From positions 20,974-84,973 of the forward strand of contig DASVDX010000086.1 in NCBI GenBank assembly GCA_036380875.1: DNA of 64,000 nt, given 5' to 3'. Under the pieces are notes generated by a model. It had not been told where the DNA came from. It saw nothing but the letters and a program-made list of their open reading frames with translations, and did no database searches. How positions within the stretch are numbered: the first letter of the stretch is position 1; every line of letters starts with the position of its first letter. Below are positions 9,087 through 18,205 of the stretch, in pieces. Origin of the DNA: Acidimicrobiia bacterium (GTDB taxonomy: Bacteria > Actinomycetota > Acidimicrobiia > Spongiisociales > ZC4RG35). Position numbers and translations under genes: made by a program.

Positions 9087-12000
9087 GTGACTCGATCGAA
9101 CTTCCAGCGGGTCTCTGCCCAGGTCGATTTGCCGTCCCTCGAGATGGAGGTCCTCGACCTGTGGGACCGGATCGACGCGTTCCGCCGCAGCGTCTCCGAG
9201 AGGCCTCTCGACAAGGAATACGTCTTCTACGACGGGCCCCCGTTCGCCAACGGCAGCCCGCACTACGGCCACCTCCTCGCCTCGGTCGTGAAGGACGTCG
9301 TCCCCCGTTACTGGACGATGCGCGGTTACCGGGTGGAGCGGCGCTGGGGCTGGGATACCCATGGGCTCCCGGTGGAGATGGAGGTCCAGAAGCAACTGGG
9401 CCTGTCCGGGCCCCGGGAGATCGAGGAATACGGGATCGACCGTTTCATCGCCGCCTGTCGGGCGCTGGTCGAGGAGACCGCCGACGAGTGGGAGTTCATC
9501 GTTCGCCGGCTCGGACGGTGGGTCGACATGGAGAACGACTACCGCACGCTCGACCTCACCTTCATGGAGAGCGTGTGGTGGGTGTTCAAGCAGTTGTGGG
9601 ACCAGGGACGCATCTACCGTTCCGTCAAGGTCCTCCCCTACTCGTGGGGCGCGACCACACCGCTCGCCAACTTCGAAGCCAACCTCGACTACCGAGACGT
9701 CGAGGACCCGTCGATCACGGTCCGCCTCCTCGTCACCGACCCCACCGGCCCGGCCGAGGCCGGCGACTATCTGTTGATATGGACGACCACGCCGTGGACT
9801 CTTCCCGCCAACCTGGCGGTGGCGGTCGGAGAGGACATCACCTACGCCCGCGTCGCCGACGACGGCGCCCACTACTGGGTCGCCGAATCGCTCGTCACGA
9901 CGGTGTTCGACGAGGAGGCGTTGGTCGTGTCGACCGCTCCCGGGTCAGCCCTCGTGGGCGTCGGCTACGAACCCCCGTTCGACTACTTCATCGACCAGCG
10001 GGACGCGGGAGCCTTCCGGGTGATCCCCTCGGTCGACGTCACCACCGACGAGGGCACCGGGCTCGTCCACATGGCGCCGGCCTACGGCGAGGCCGACTTC
10101 GAGGCGCTGCGCGCCGCCGGCCTCGACCTGCTCGTGGATCCGGTCGACGCCCAGGGCAACTTCACCGACGAAGTGCCCGATGTGGCCGGCGTCAACGTGA
10201 AGGAAGCCGACGCCAAGCTGATCGAACTGCTCCGGGATTCCGGCAAGCTCGTCAAGGCGTCGACGATCGTCCACTCCTATCCCTTCTGCTACCGCACGGG
10301 CACGCCGCTGATCTACAAGGCCATCCCGACCTGGTTCGTGGACGTGTCGTCGATGGCCGGCCGGCTGGCGGAGCTGAACAAGAACATCCACTGGGTGCCG
10401 GCCTACGTCGGCGAAGGGCGCTTCGGCAACTGGCTGGAGAGCGCTCGCGACTGGGCCATCAGTCGCAACCGCTACTGGGGCTCCTGCCTGCCGATCTGGG
10501 AGTGCGAGGACTGCTCCCACCAGCTCTGCGTCGGTTCGATCGACGAGCTCGAGGGGTTGTCGGGGGTGCGCCCCGACGACCTGCACATGCACGTCGTCGA
10601 CACGATCACGATCACCTGCCCCGAATGCGGCGGGAAGATGGAGCGCGTCCCCGAGGTGCTCGACTGCTGGTTCGAGTCGGGCTCGATGCCGTACGGGCAG
10701 ATCCACTATCCATTCGAGAACAAGGAGCGCTTCGAGGCGACGTTCCCTGCCCAGTTCATCTCCGAGGGCCTCGACCAGACCCGGGGCTGGTTCTACACCC
10801 TGCACGTGCTGGCGACGGCGCTGTTCGACCGCCCCGCCTTCCAGAACTGCGTCGTTTCCGGCCTGATCCTCGCCGAGGACGGCCGGAAGATGTCGAAGAG
10901 CCTCCGCAACTACCCGGACCCCGAGGCGGTCTTCGCCGAGTTCGGCGCCGATGCCCTGCGCGCCTACCTGCTCGACTCTCCGGTGCTGCGGGCCGAGCCG
11001 ATCCGCTTCTCCAACGAGGGGATCCGCCACGTCGTCCGCACGGTGCTGCTGCCACTGTGGAACACCCACTCCTTCTTCACCACGTACGCGGTGGCTGACA
11101 ACCTGACCCTCGACGACCTGCGCCAGGCCCCGCCTCCCCAGGAGCGGCCGCTCCTCGACCGCTGGATCCTGTCCGTCCTCCAGAGCCTGATCGCCACGGT
11201 CAACGAGCAGATGGAGGGGTACTACCTCTACAACGTCATCCCCCCGACGCTCGGATTCATCGACGACCTGACCAACTGGTACGTGCGCCGCTCCCGGCGT
11301 CGCTTCTGGACGGCGAGAGGCGAGGACGACGCCGACAAGCTGGCCGCGTTCGCCACTCTGTACGAGGTGCTCACCACCTTCATCCGAGTGCTGGCACCGG
11401 TGCTGCCGTTCATCACCGAGCGCCTCTACCAGGACCTGGTCGTGGAGCCGGGCGCCGACGGCCCCGACTCGGTGCACCTCGCCGAGTTCCCAACGGCCGA
11501 CGAGTCGCTGATCGACCGGGAGCTGGAGGCGGCGATCTCGGTCGTCCGCCGAGTGGTGTCGGCGGGTCATGCCCTCCGCAAGCGGCATTCGCTGCGGGTG
11601 CGCCAGCCGCTGTCGCGGTTGACGGTGATCACCCACGACGAGAAGGCCGCCGCGGCGGTGCGCACCCATGCCGACCTGATCGCCGACGAACTCAACGTCC
11701 ACGCGGTCGAGACGTCACGCGACGACGCCGGGCTGGCGGACCTGTCGGCCAAGGCCGATTTCCGCCGTCTGGGGCCCCGGTTGGGCGCCGATGTGAAGAC
11801 GTGCGCCGCCGCCATCGCCGCCCTCGGCAACGCAGAGATCGCCCGCCTGCTCGAAGGCGAGGCACTGGAGGTGGCGGGGTACCCGATCACCGCCGAGGAC
11901 GTGATCGTCACCCGCACCCCCCGGGAGGGCACCGTGGTCGAGACGGACGGCGAACTGGCTGTGGCTCTCGACACGCGCCTCGACGACGAGCTGATCGCCG

Positions 12001-12248
12001 AGGGTCTGGCCCGCGATGTCGTCAACCGCATCCAGCAGCTGCGCCGTGCCGCCGGCCTCGACGTGGCGGACCGGATCCGCCTGCAGTGGACCACCGACGA
12101 CGAGCGGCTCCGGCAGGCGGTGGAGCGCCACCGCGATTACATCGCCAGGGAGACGCTGGCGACCGAGATGGTCGAGGCAGACGGTCTCGAAGGTCAGCCG
12201 ACGGAAGTCGACGGCGCGGCGCTGGTGGTGACCGTCGAAAAGGTCTGA
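9087..12248 (+). CDS. ileS: Isoleucine--tRNA ligase
   Basis: HIGH motif (PPFANGSPHYGHLL), KMSKS motif, and zinc-binding cysteines near the C-terminus. Aligns with actinobacterial IleS from about ...VDLPSLEMEVLDLW. Start uncertain: in-frame ATG at 9033, or GTG at 9051 or 9087. Confidence 0.95.
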   Translation: MTRSNFQRVSAQVDLPSLEMEVLDLWDRIDAFRRSVSERPLDKEYVFYDGPPFANGSPHYGHLLASVVKDVVPRYWTMRGYRVERRWGWDTHGLPVEMEVQKQLGLSGPREIEEYGIDRFIAACRALVEETADEWEFIVRRLGRWVDMENDYRTLDLTFMESVWWVFKQLWDQGRIYRSVKVLPYSWGATTPLANFEANLDYRDVEDPSITVRLLVTDPTGPAEAGDYLLIWTTTPWTLPANLAVAVGEDITYARVADDGAHYWVAESLVTTVFDEEALVVSTAPGSALVGVGYEPPFDYFIDQRDAGAFRVIPSVDVTTDEGTGLVHMAPAYGEADFEALRAAGLDLLVDPVDAQGNFTDEVPDVAGVNVKEADAKLIELLRDSGKLVKASTIVHSYPFCYRTGTPLIYKAIPTWFVDVSSMAGRLAELNKNIHWVPAYVGEGRFGNWLESARDWAISRNRYWGSCLPIWECEDCSHQLCVGSIDELEGLSGVRPDDLHMHVVDTITITCPECGGKMERVPEVLDCWFESGSMPYGQIHYPFENKERFEATFPAQFISEGLDQTRGWFYTLHVLATALFDRPAFQNCVVSGLILAEDGRKMSKSLRNYPDPEAVFAEFGADALRAYLLDSPVLRAEPIRFSNEGIRHVVRTVLLPLWNTHSFFTTYAVADNLTLDDLRQAPPPQERPLLDRWILSVLQSLIATVNEQMEGYYLYNVIPPTLGFIDDLTNWYVRRSRRRFWTARGEDDADKLAAFATLYEVLTTFIRVLAPVLPFITERLYQDLVVEPGADGPDSVHLAEFPTADESLIDRELEAAISVVRRVVSAGHALRKRHSLRVRQPLSRLTVITHDEKAAAAVRTHADLIADELNVHAVETSRDDAGLADLSAKADFRRLGPRLGADVKTCAAAIAALGNAEIARLLEGEALEVAGYPITAEDVIVTRTPREGTVVETDGELAVALDTRLDDELIAEGLARDVVNRIQQLRRAAGLDVADRIRLQWTTDDERLRQAVERHRDYIARETLATEMVEADGLEGQPTEVDGAALVVTVEKV

Positions 12249-12251
12249 GGG

Positions 12252-13166
12252 TCAGACCGAGCCGCGTTCCCAGGGGCGGCGACCCGAGGCGGAGCTGTCG
12301 CCGATGTCGGCCCGCGACGCCTCCCGTGCCATCCGGTCGGCGAGGGTGCCGAAGTCGGTCTCTTCCTCGTGGACGGGCTCTTCCGAGGGGTCTTCCTCGG
12401 CCGACTCGCCGTACTCGTCGGTGCTGGCTTCGGGTTCTTCTTCCGTGAAGCCCTCGGCCGTCTCCTCGTCGTCGTCGTAGTAGCCTCCGGGCTCCTCGGA
12501 GCTGTCCTCGGCAGGCGACGGCTCGCCGTAGTCGCCGTGCTCTCCCCAGCCGCCTTCGTCCTCTGTCGCTTCGGCGGCGTCTTCCTCCCAGCCGGCCTCC
12601 GGCTCGGCGTAGTCGTCGGACGTGGCGCCCCAGTCGCCGATCTCGGCCGCGTCGTCGACGGGCAGTTCCTCGGCGGCGGGCTCCTCCGGCGACCCGATGT
12701 CGGTGGCCGCCTCGGCGATCGCCGCGTCCATCGAGTCGAGGTTGGCCTCGGCGGCGGCGGCGAGGTCGACGATCCGGCGCTTCAGGTCGGCGACGGTCGC
12801 CCGCATCCGGGCGATTTCCTGGGTGAGGCGCATGCGCTCGGCGTCGCGCTCGGCGAGGAGGCGGTCGGCTTCGCCCTGCGCGCTCTGGCGGATGGTCTCG
12901 GCCTCGGCTTGCGCTTCGGCGATGATGGCGTCGGCCTGCTTCTGGGCGGCGACCAGCGCCCGGGAGATGGCGGTTTCTTCCTCGCCGCGTGAGGCCAACT
13001 CGGCCTCGAGCGCCCGGATGCGGTCCTGGGCGTCCCGCAACCGCTGGTCGTAGTCCTTCAGGGTCGCGACGACCTCGTCGAGGAAGTCGTCGACTTCGTC
13101 CATGTTGTAGCCCCGCAGCTCGGGCCCGAATGTCTTCTGCTGTACGTCGATCGGTGTCAGAGGCAT
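12252..13166 (-). CDS. divIVA: DivIVA-domain cell-division/polar growth protein (Wag31-like) with a long acidic C-terminal tail
   Basis: N-terminal MPLTPIDVQQKTFGPELRGYNMDEVDDFLDEV is the DivIVA signature. Coiled-coil middle. About 110-aa D/E-rich C-terminal extension. Start chosen at MPLTP. Confidence 0.85.
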   Translation of the reverse strand: MPLTPIDVQQKTFGPELRGYNMDEVDDFLDEVVATLKDYDQRLRDAQDRIRALEAELASRGEEETAISRALVAAQKQADAIIAEAQAEAETIRQSAQGEADRLLAERDAERMRLTQEIARMRATVADLKRRIVDLAAAAEANLDSMDAAIAEAATDIGSPEEPAAEELPVDDAAEIGDWGATSDDYAEPEAGWEEDAAEATEDEGGWGEHGDYGEPSPAEDSSEEPGGYYDDDEETAEGFTEEEPEASTDEYGESAEEDPSEEPVHEEETDFGTLADRMAREASRADIGDSSASGRRPWERGSV

Positions 13167-13250
13167 GGAGGGGCTTCTCCCTGAAGCGGCTTTCAGAAAC
13201 TCGGAATCGGTTTCCTGCAGGATACGTCCCCGACCGGGGCTACCCAAGGA

Positions 13251-13502
13251 TCAACAGATGATCCGCTGGAGGAAGGACAGGCCGATCAGGAGGATGATCG
13301 GCGACAGGTCGAGTGCCCCTCCTCCCAGTCGCACCGGGGGGATGATTCGGCGCAGAGGCAGGATCACCGGGTAGATGATCCGATCCAGGAAGACGGTGAC
13401 CCGGGCGAGGGGATGGGTGGCGGGAACCTGCACCCAGGAGAGGATCACCCAGGCGAGCACGGCGATGGCGTAGAGCCGCAGAGCGACGCAGAGGATTTCC
13501 AC
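13251..13502 (-). CDS. YggT-family membrane protein
   Basis: 83 aa, two TM helices. Conserved position between sepF and divIVA in Actinobacteria. Confidence 0.75.
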   Translation of the reverse strand: MEILCVALRLYAIAVLAWVILSWVQVPATHPLARVTVFLDRIIYPVILPLRRIIPPVRLGGGALDLSPIILLIGLSFLQRIIC

Positions 13503-13503
13503 G

Positions 13504-14043
13504 TCAGTCGACGTCGTCGAGCTGGTACACGCCCAGATCGGCGAGACGCCGCTTCTCGTCCCGAGACAGCGTCACCCGCGGAGGGAGCACCAGCACCAGG
13601 CCATCCCCGACTTTGCGCATCGTGCCGTCGAGGGCGTAGATGAGGCCGCTGGAGAAGTCGATGACCCGCCGCACCAGTTCGGAGGAGGCGCGGCGGAGGT
13701 CGAGCACCACCGGGACCTGGTCACGGACCCGGTCGGCCAGGATCTTGGCGTCGCCGAACTCCTCGACGACGAGCACGTCGGACTGCACCTCGACCGGCCG
13801 GACCGGGCGAACGGTCTGCTGGCTGCCGGGAATGGCCGCCCGGGTGGGCGGTTCGACCCGACGGCCTTCGACACTGCCCACACCCTCGACCCGCCGCGGA
13901 GCAGGCGGAGAAGTGCGGCGCTCCTCGTAAACGGGCTCGGGACGCGCCGGCCGGGGCCGCGGCTCCGGCTCCACGTCGTATGCGGGCTGGTCCTCATCGA
14001 CCAGTCCGAGATATACGAGCGCCTTGGAAAGCAATGACGACAT
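13504..14043 (-). CDS. sepF: Cell division protein SepF
   Basis: N-terminal amphipathic membrane-binding helix (MSSLLSKALVYLGLV), Pro/Arg-rich linker, and C-terminal FtsZ-binding SepF domain. Conserved dcw position. Confidence 0.85.
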   Translation of the reverse strand: MSSLLSKALVYLGLVDEDQPAYDVEPEPRPRPARPEPVYEERRTSPPAPRRVEGVGSVEGRRVEPPTRAAIPGSQQTVRPVRPVEVQSDVLVVEEFGDAKILADRVRDQVPVVLDLRRASSELVRRVIDFSSGLIYALDGTMRKVGDGLVLVLPPRVTLSRDEKRRLADLGVYQLDDVD

Positions 14044-14051
14044 TGGTTCCT

Positions 14052-14714
14052 CTATGGGGCAGTGCTGTGTGCGTCAAAGATAGCCCGTCCCACACGTATA
14101 ACGGTGGCACCCTCTTCCACCGCCACCTCGAAGTCGTCGGTCATTCCCATCGACAAGCCGACCGCTTCCGGCACTCTCGCTGCCACCAGGTCGCGGACCT
14201 CGACCATGCGTTTGAAGAACGGCCGGGCGTCCTCGGGATCGTCGACGATCGGGAGGATGGCCATCACTCCGATGATGGGGATGCCCAGCCCGGAGAAGGC
14301 CACGGCCGCCTCTATGGCGTCTTCGGGGTCGACCCCGGATTTCTGCGGCTCCCTTCCGATGTTGACCTGGAGGTAAGCCGGCGGGGGCGCCCCGGCGCCC
14401 TTCAGCCAGGCGAGAGCCAGCGACTCGCGATCCAAGGAGTGCAGCACGGAGGCGATGGGCCGGACCACCCTCGCCTTGTTGGACTGCAGGTGGCCGACGA
14501 AATGCCAGCGGATGTCGGACGGCAGCTGGGCGGCCTTGGCCTGGAGCTCGTCGGCCCGGTTCTCGCCGAAGTCGCGGTGACCGGCTTCGTAGAGGGCGGC
14601 TATGGCTTCCGGCGGCTGGCCCTTGCTCACCGCCACGACCGTCACCTCCTCCGGCCGGCGACCGACACGCTCGCATGCGGCAGCGACTCTCTCGAGCACC
14701 GACTGGAGGCTCAT
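14052..14714 (-). CDS. yggS: YggS-family pyridoxal-phosphate homeostasis protein (alanine racemase N-terminal fold)
   Basis: PLP-lysine context VAVSKGQP and conserved [10 protein letters not shown]. Start at MSLQSV inside the track ORF 14052..14870. Confidence 0.85.
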   Translation of the reverse strand: MSLQSVLERVAAACERVGRRPEEVTVVAVSKGQPPEAIAALYEAGHRDFGENRADELQAKAAQLPSDIRWHFVGHLQSNKARVVRPIASVLHSLDRESLALAWLKGAGAPPPAYLQVNIGREPQKSGVDPEDAIEAAVAFSGLGIPIIGVMAILPIVDDPEDARPFFKRMVEVRDLVAARVPEAVGLSMGMTDDFEVAVEEGATVIRVGRAIFDAHSTAP

Positions 14715-15319
14715 GGCACCCACCCCAGCGCTGCCATCCGCGCCGTCGTGCCTGTGCGGCGATGACTGAACCCTCCGCCGCAAGCGGTGCAGCGGTCGTC
14801 GATCCACACGTCCATGCCGCGCAGGCGCCGGGCAGCGGCGGCCCGCAAGTCGACCGAGCGGGTGCCCCAAGTCGTGGACGACACATCCTCACGGAAGACT
14901 TCGGCCACTTCGTCGCCGACCTCGAAGCAGCAGGGGCCGATGCCAGGACCGACCTCGGCTCGGGTCGGCGCCGCACCTGCCTTCTCCATGAGACTGATCG
15001 TGCTGTCGAGGACTCCCGCCGCCAGGCCGCGCCATCCGGCGTGGGCCACCCCCACAGTCCCGGGTCCGTGGAGGACGACGCCGAGACAGTCGGCGGTGAA
15101 CACAGCCAGCGGCAGGTTCGGAACCGTGGTCACGAGAGCATCACCTTCTCCCGCCTCACCGGGGCGATCCACCTCAATCGCGATAGGCCCGTGGACCTGA
15201 TTCACGGTCGCCCATTCGTCGGGGATCCCCAGACGGGCGGACACCCGCCGACGCACCTCCGGGTCGTGGCGGGCGTCGCCGTCGGTAGGCGAGGTGAACG
15301 CCACCCCGTCGAGGGTCAT
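14711..15319 (-). CDS. pgeF: YfiH/PgeF-family purine nucleoside phosphorylase / peptidoglycan editing factor (laccase-domain protein)
   Basis: DUF152 fold with the [10 protein letters not shown]...HAGWRG catalytic His/Cys pattern. Conserved position between ftsZ and yggS. Confidence 0.8.
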   Translation of the reverse strand: MTLDGVAFTSPTDGDARHDPEVRRRVSARLGIPDEWATVNQVHGPIAIEVDRPGEAGEGDALVTTVPNLPLAVFTADCLGVVLHGPGTVGVAHAGWRGLAAGVLDSTISLMEKAGAAPTRAEVGPGIGPCCFEVGDEVAEVFREDVSSTTWGTRSVDLRAAAARRLRGMDVWIDDRCTACGGGFSHRRTGTTARMAALGWVP

Positions 15320-16395
15320 CCCTGGACGAAGGACGGGATGTCGAGGTCGTCTTCTTCTTCGGTGGTGCCGGTATCGCGCACCGGAACGGAAGGACGCTCT
15401 CGCTCCGGGGTCCTGCCGGGGGCGGGGCGCCGCGCACGTCCCTTGTCGAAGCCCGCAGCGATGACCGTCACCTTCATCTCCTCGCCGAGGTCGTCGTCGA
15501 TGATCGCCCCGAAAATGATCTCGGCCTCGGGGTCGGCGTGGTCGGCGACCACCTGCGCGGCCGTCGTCGCCTCATGCAGGGTCATGCTCGAGGGGCCGGC
15601 GATCGAGAGGAGCACGCCGCGGGCGCCGTCCATCGACGTCTCGAGCATGGGGCTGTTGATCGCCCGCTGGGCTGCCTGGGAGGCCCGGTTCTCGCCGGTG
15701 GCCCGGCCGATGCCCATCACGGCCGAACCGGCGTTGGCCATGATCGTCTTCACGTCGGCGAAGTCGACGTTGATGAGGCCGGGGGTGGTGATGAGATCGG
15801 TGATTCCGGCGACGCCGTTCATCAGCACCTCGTCGGCGAGCCGGAAGGTCTCGGTGATCGGCGCCGACGGGTCGCCGACGTCGAGCAGGCGGTCGTTGGG
15901 GATGACGATGAGGGTGTCCACCGCCTCGCGGAGAGCCTGGATGCCTTCCTCGGCGTGGACGGCTCGCCGTCGGCCCTCGAAGCCGAACGGACGGGTGACC
16001 ACGCCGACGGTGAGAGCACCGAGGTTCCGTGCCACCTCTGCCACGATCGGAGCTCCGCCGGTGCCGGTGCCGCCGCCTTCGCCGGCGGTGATGAACACCA
16101 TGTCGGCGCCCTTCAGGACCTCTTCCAGTTCTTCACGGTGAGCCTCGGCGGCGGCGCGTCCTACCTCGGGGTTGGCGCCCGCCCCGAGTCCGCGGGTCAC
16201 CTCGCGGCCCAGGTCCAGTTTCACGTCGGCGTCCGACATGAGCAGGGCTTGAGCGTCGGTGTTGAGGGCGATGAACTCCACTCCACGGACGCCGGCCTCG
16301 ACCATGCGATTGACGGCATTGACGCCGCCGCCTCCGACTCCGACGACCTTTATCACCGCCAGGTAACTACCGGTCGATCCGGCGCGGTTGTTCAT
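15316..16395 (-). CDS. ftsZ: Cell division GTPase FtsZ
   Basis: Tubulin signature GGGTGTG and the T7 loop. C-terminal DDLDIPSFV peptide. Confidence 0.97.
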   Translation of the reverse strand: MNNRAGSTGSYLAVIKVVGVGGGGVNAVNRMVEAGVRGVEFIALNTDAQALLMSDADVKLDLGREVTRGLGAGANPEVGRAAAEAHREELEEVLKGADMVFITAGEGGGTGTGGAPIVAEVARNLGALTVGVVTRPFGFEGRRRAVHAEEGIQALREAVDTLIVIPNDRLLDVGDPSAPITETFRLADEVLMNGVAGITDLITTPGLINVDFADVKTIMANAGSAVMGIGRATGENRASQAAQRAINSPMLETSMDGARGVLLSIAGPSSMTLHEATTAAQVVADHADPEAEIIFGAIIDDDLGEEMKVTVIAAGFDKGRARRPAPGRTPERERPSVPVRDTGTTEEEDDLDIPSFVQG

Positions 16396-16447
16396 CTCAA
16401 ACCTCCAAATGTGAGCTCCGGTTGCCTGAAGCTTTACACGAGGTTGA

Positions 16448-16461
16448 GGTTTACGTAAACC
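16448..16461. promoter_or_regulatory. Perfect 14-bp palindrome GGTTTACGTAAACC in the ftsQ-ftsZ intergenic (ftsZ promoter) region
   Basis: The local region is unusually AT-rich. A GAGGTTTA motif is repeated twice. A second inverted repeat CTTGAG-N7-CTCAAG lies at about 16463-16481. Confidence 0.3.
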
Positions 16462-16488
16462 CCTTGAGTTTTACCCTCAAGTAGAGGT

Positions 16489-17295
16489 TTAGGGTTGCTT
16501 GGTCTGGGTGGTGTCGCCGCCTTCGGCGTCGTCGGTCGGTTCCTGGGAAGACTCCTCCCCCGCTCCGGGTGGCAAAACAGCCGGATTCGCCGGTGCCATC
16601 ACCGTGAGTATCGACCCTTCCTCCACCCCTCGATCGAGGATGGCGGCTGTCACCCGGGCCTTTTCCGCCCCGTCGAATGGACGGCCGATCCGGACCATGA
16701 ATCCCGCCACGGTCCCTTCGAGACCTTCCTCCCCCATTGTCACGATCGCACCTTCCCGGTATTGATCGGGCAGCGCCGCCAGATATTCGATCGCTCCCAC
16801 CACATCCAGATTCCCCTCAGCGTCCTCCGAAGTGAGGTGGGTGAAATCCGCCAATGGCAGGGCTTCAGGGCGTTGCTCGACCGCGTCCAGCAAAACGGAG
16901 TCGGCGGCGGCCAGCCACCATCCGTCGGCGAGGCGGATCCCGACAGCCGGAGTGCGTTCGGTGATCTCGACGAGGACGGTCGTGGGCCAGTCTCGCGCCA
17001 CCGTCGCGTCCGCCACCCAGGGATCCTCCAACAAAGCGTCGCGGGCGCCATCGACGTCGAGCAGGAGCAAGGGACGGCCGGGGTGGATGCCGTGTTGGGC
17101 CAGGACCTTCTCCACGTCGACCCGACGGGCGCCCTCGATGTGGATGTCACCCACCGACATGAACGGCGACTGCATGAACCAGACGATCACCCCGCCGACG
17201 GCGAGGGCGATGAGGAGGCGCATGAGGCGCCCCAGGTTGGAACGAGCCCTGTCTTCCGCCACCCGGCGACGTCGTTCGGCCAGGCGGCGATCCAT
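16489..17295 (-). CDS. ftsQ: Cell division protein FtsQ/DivIB
   Basis: Single TM segment followed by POTRA and FtsQ beta domains. The start could instead be 17307 (MGIEM), which would overlap the murB stop. Confidence 0.75.
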   Translation of the reverse strand: MDRRLAERRRRVAEDRARSNLGRLMRLLIALAVGGVIVWFMQSPFMSVGDIHIEGARRVDVEKVLAQHGIHPGRPLLLLDVDGARDALLEDPWVADATVARDWPTTVLVEITERTPAVGIRLADGWWLAAADSVLLDAVEQRPEALPLADFTHLTSEDAEGNLDVVGAIEYLAALPDQYREGAIVTMGEEGLEGTVAGFMVRIGRPFDGAEKARVTAAILDRGVEEGSILTVMAPANPAVLPPGAGEESSQEPTDDAEGGDTTQTKQP

Positions 17296-17296
17296 C

Positions 17297-18205
17297 TCAA
17301 TCCCCATCCTCGAATCCCACGAACTGGATCTCCGGTTCGAGGTGGATACCCGTCTCTTCCTCCACCCGCCTCTGCACCGCGTCGATGAGGCGGCGCACTG
17401 CCTCGGCAGAGGCACCGGCTTCCGCCTCGATGAAGTTGGCGTGGCGGGGCGAGACCCGCACCGGTCCGAGGGCGAACCCTTTCAACCCGAGGCGGTCGAT
17501 GATGGCTCCGGCCGCCTCGCCCGGCGGGTTCTTGAAGACCGACCCGGCGTTCAGTGTGCCGCCCGGCTGATGTTCCTTCCGCCACCGGGTGATCCTGCGC
17601 ATCTCGGCCGCCGCCTTCTCGGGCTCCACGGACTCGGTGTGGAAGCGAGCGGCGACGACTACGTCGGTGGAGGCGATGGCGGAATGGCGATAACTCAGAT
17701 CGAGGGATGCCGCTGGCACCCAACGGTCGCGGCCGTCGGCGAGGGACACGACCCGGGCCTCGACCAGCACGTCGACCACTTCCCTTCCGAAACAGCCGGC
17801 GTTCTGGCGGACAGCTCCCCCCACCGACCCGGGGATCCCGACTCCCCACTCCAGGCCACCCCGACCTTCGGCGGAAATGCCCCGGGCCACGCGGGGCAGG
17901 GAAGCTGCCCCGCCGGCGTCGACGATGCCCTCCGAGTCGATGCTCGCCTCGGCGAACTCGTTGCCCAACCGGACGACGACCCCGCGGAAACCCTTGTCGG
18001 CGATGAGTAGGTTCGATCCTCGACCCAGCACCAGGACCGGCATCGGCTCGGCTCGCAAGGCCTCCCCGACTTCCTGGAGTGTCTCGATGCGGTCCACCAC
18101 GACGTAGAGGTCGGCGGGCCCGCCCAGCTTGTAGGTGGTCATCGGCGCCAGTTCCACGTGGCGGCGGGCGCGGCCCGAGGAGACGAGGCGCTCCCAACTG
18201 GTCAC
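17297..18205 (-). CDS. murB: UDP-N-acetylenolpyruvoylglucosamine reductase
   Basis: FAD-binding PCMH domain (GGPADLYVVV ... LVLGRGSNLL) and the MurB C-terminal domain. 4-nt overlap with murC. Confidence 0.85.
   Translation of the reverse strand: MTSWERLVSSGRARRHVELAPMTTYKLGGPADLYVVVDRIETLQEVGEALRAEPMPVLVLGRGSNLLIADKGFRGVVVRLGNEFAEASIDSEGIVDAGGAASLPRVARGISAEGRGGLEWGVGIPGSVGGAVRQNAGCFGREVVDVLVEARVVSLADGRDRWVPAASLDLSYRHSAIASTDVVVAARFHTESVEPEKAAAEMRRITRWRKEHQPGGTLNAGSVFKNPPGEAAGAIIDRLGLKGFALGPVRVSPRHANFIEAEAGASAEAVRRLIDAVQRRVEEETGIHLEPEIQFVGFEDGD

Noticed and set aside
8174-11098. 974-aa ORF on the + strand spanning lspA, the DksA-like gene and much of ileS
   Set aside because: It has an Arg/Pro/Gly-rich low-complexity translation typical of off-frame reading in high-GC DNA. 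It overlaps well-supported genes on both strands and has no motifs.
9945-11702. 585-aa ORF antisense to ileS
   Set aside because: Same reasoning: spurious antisense ORF inside a highly conserved housekeeping gene.
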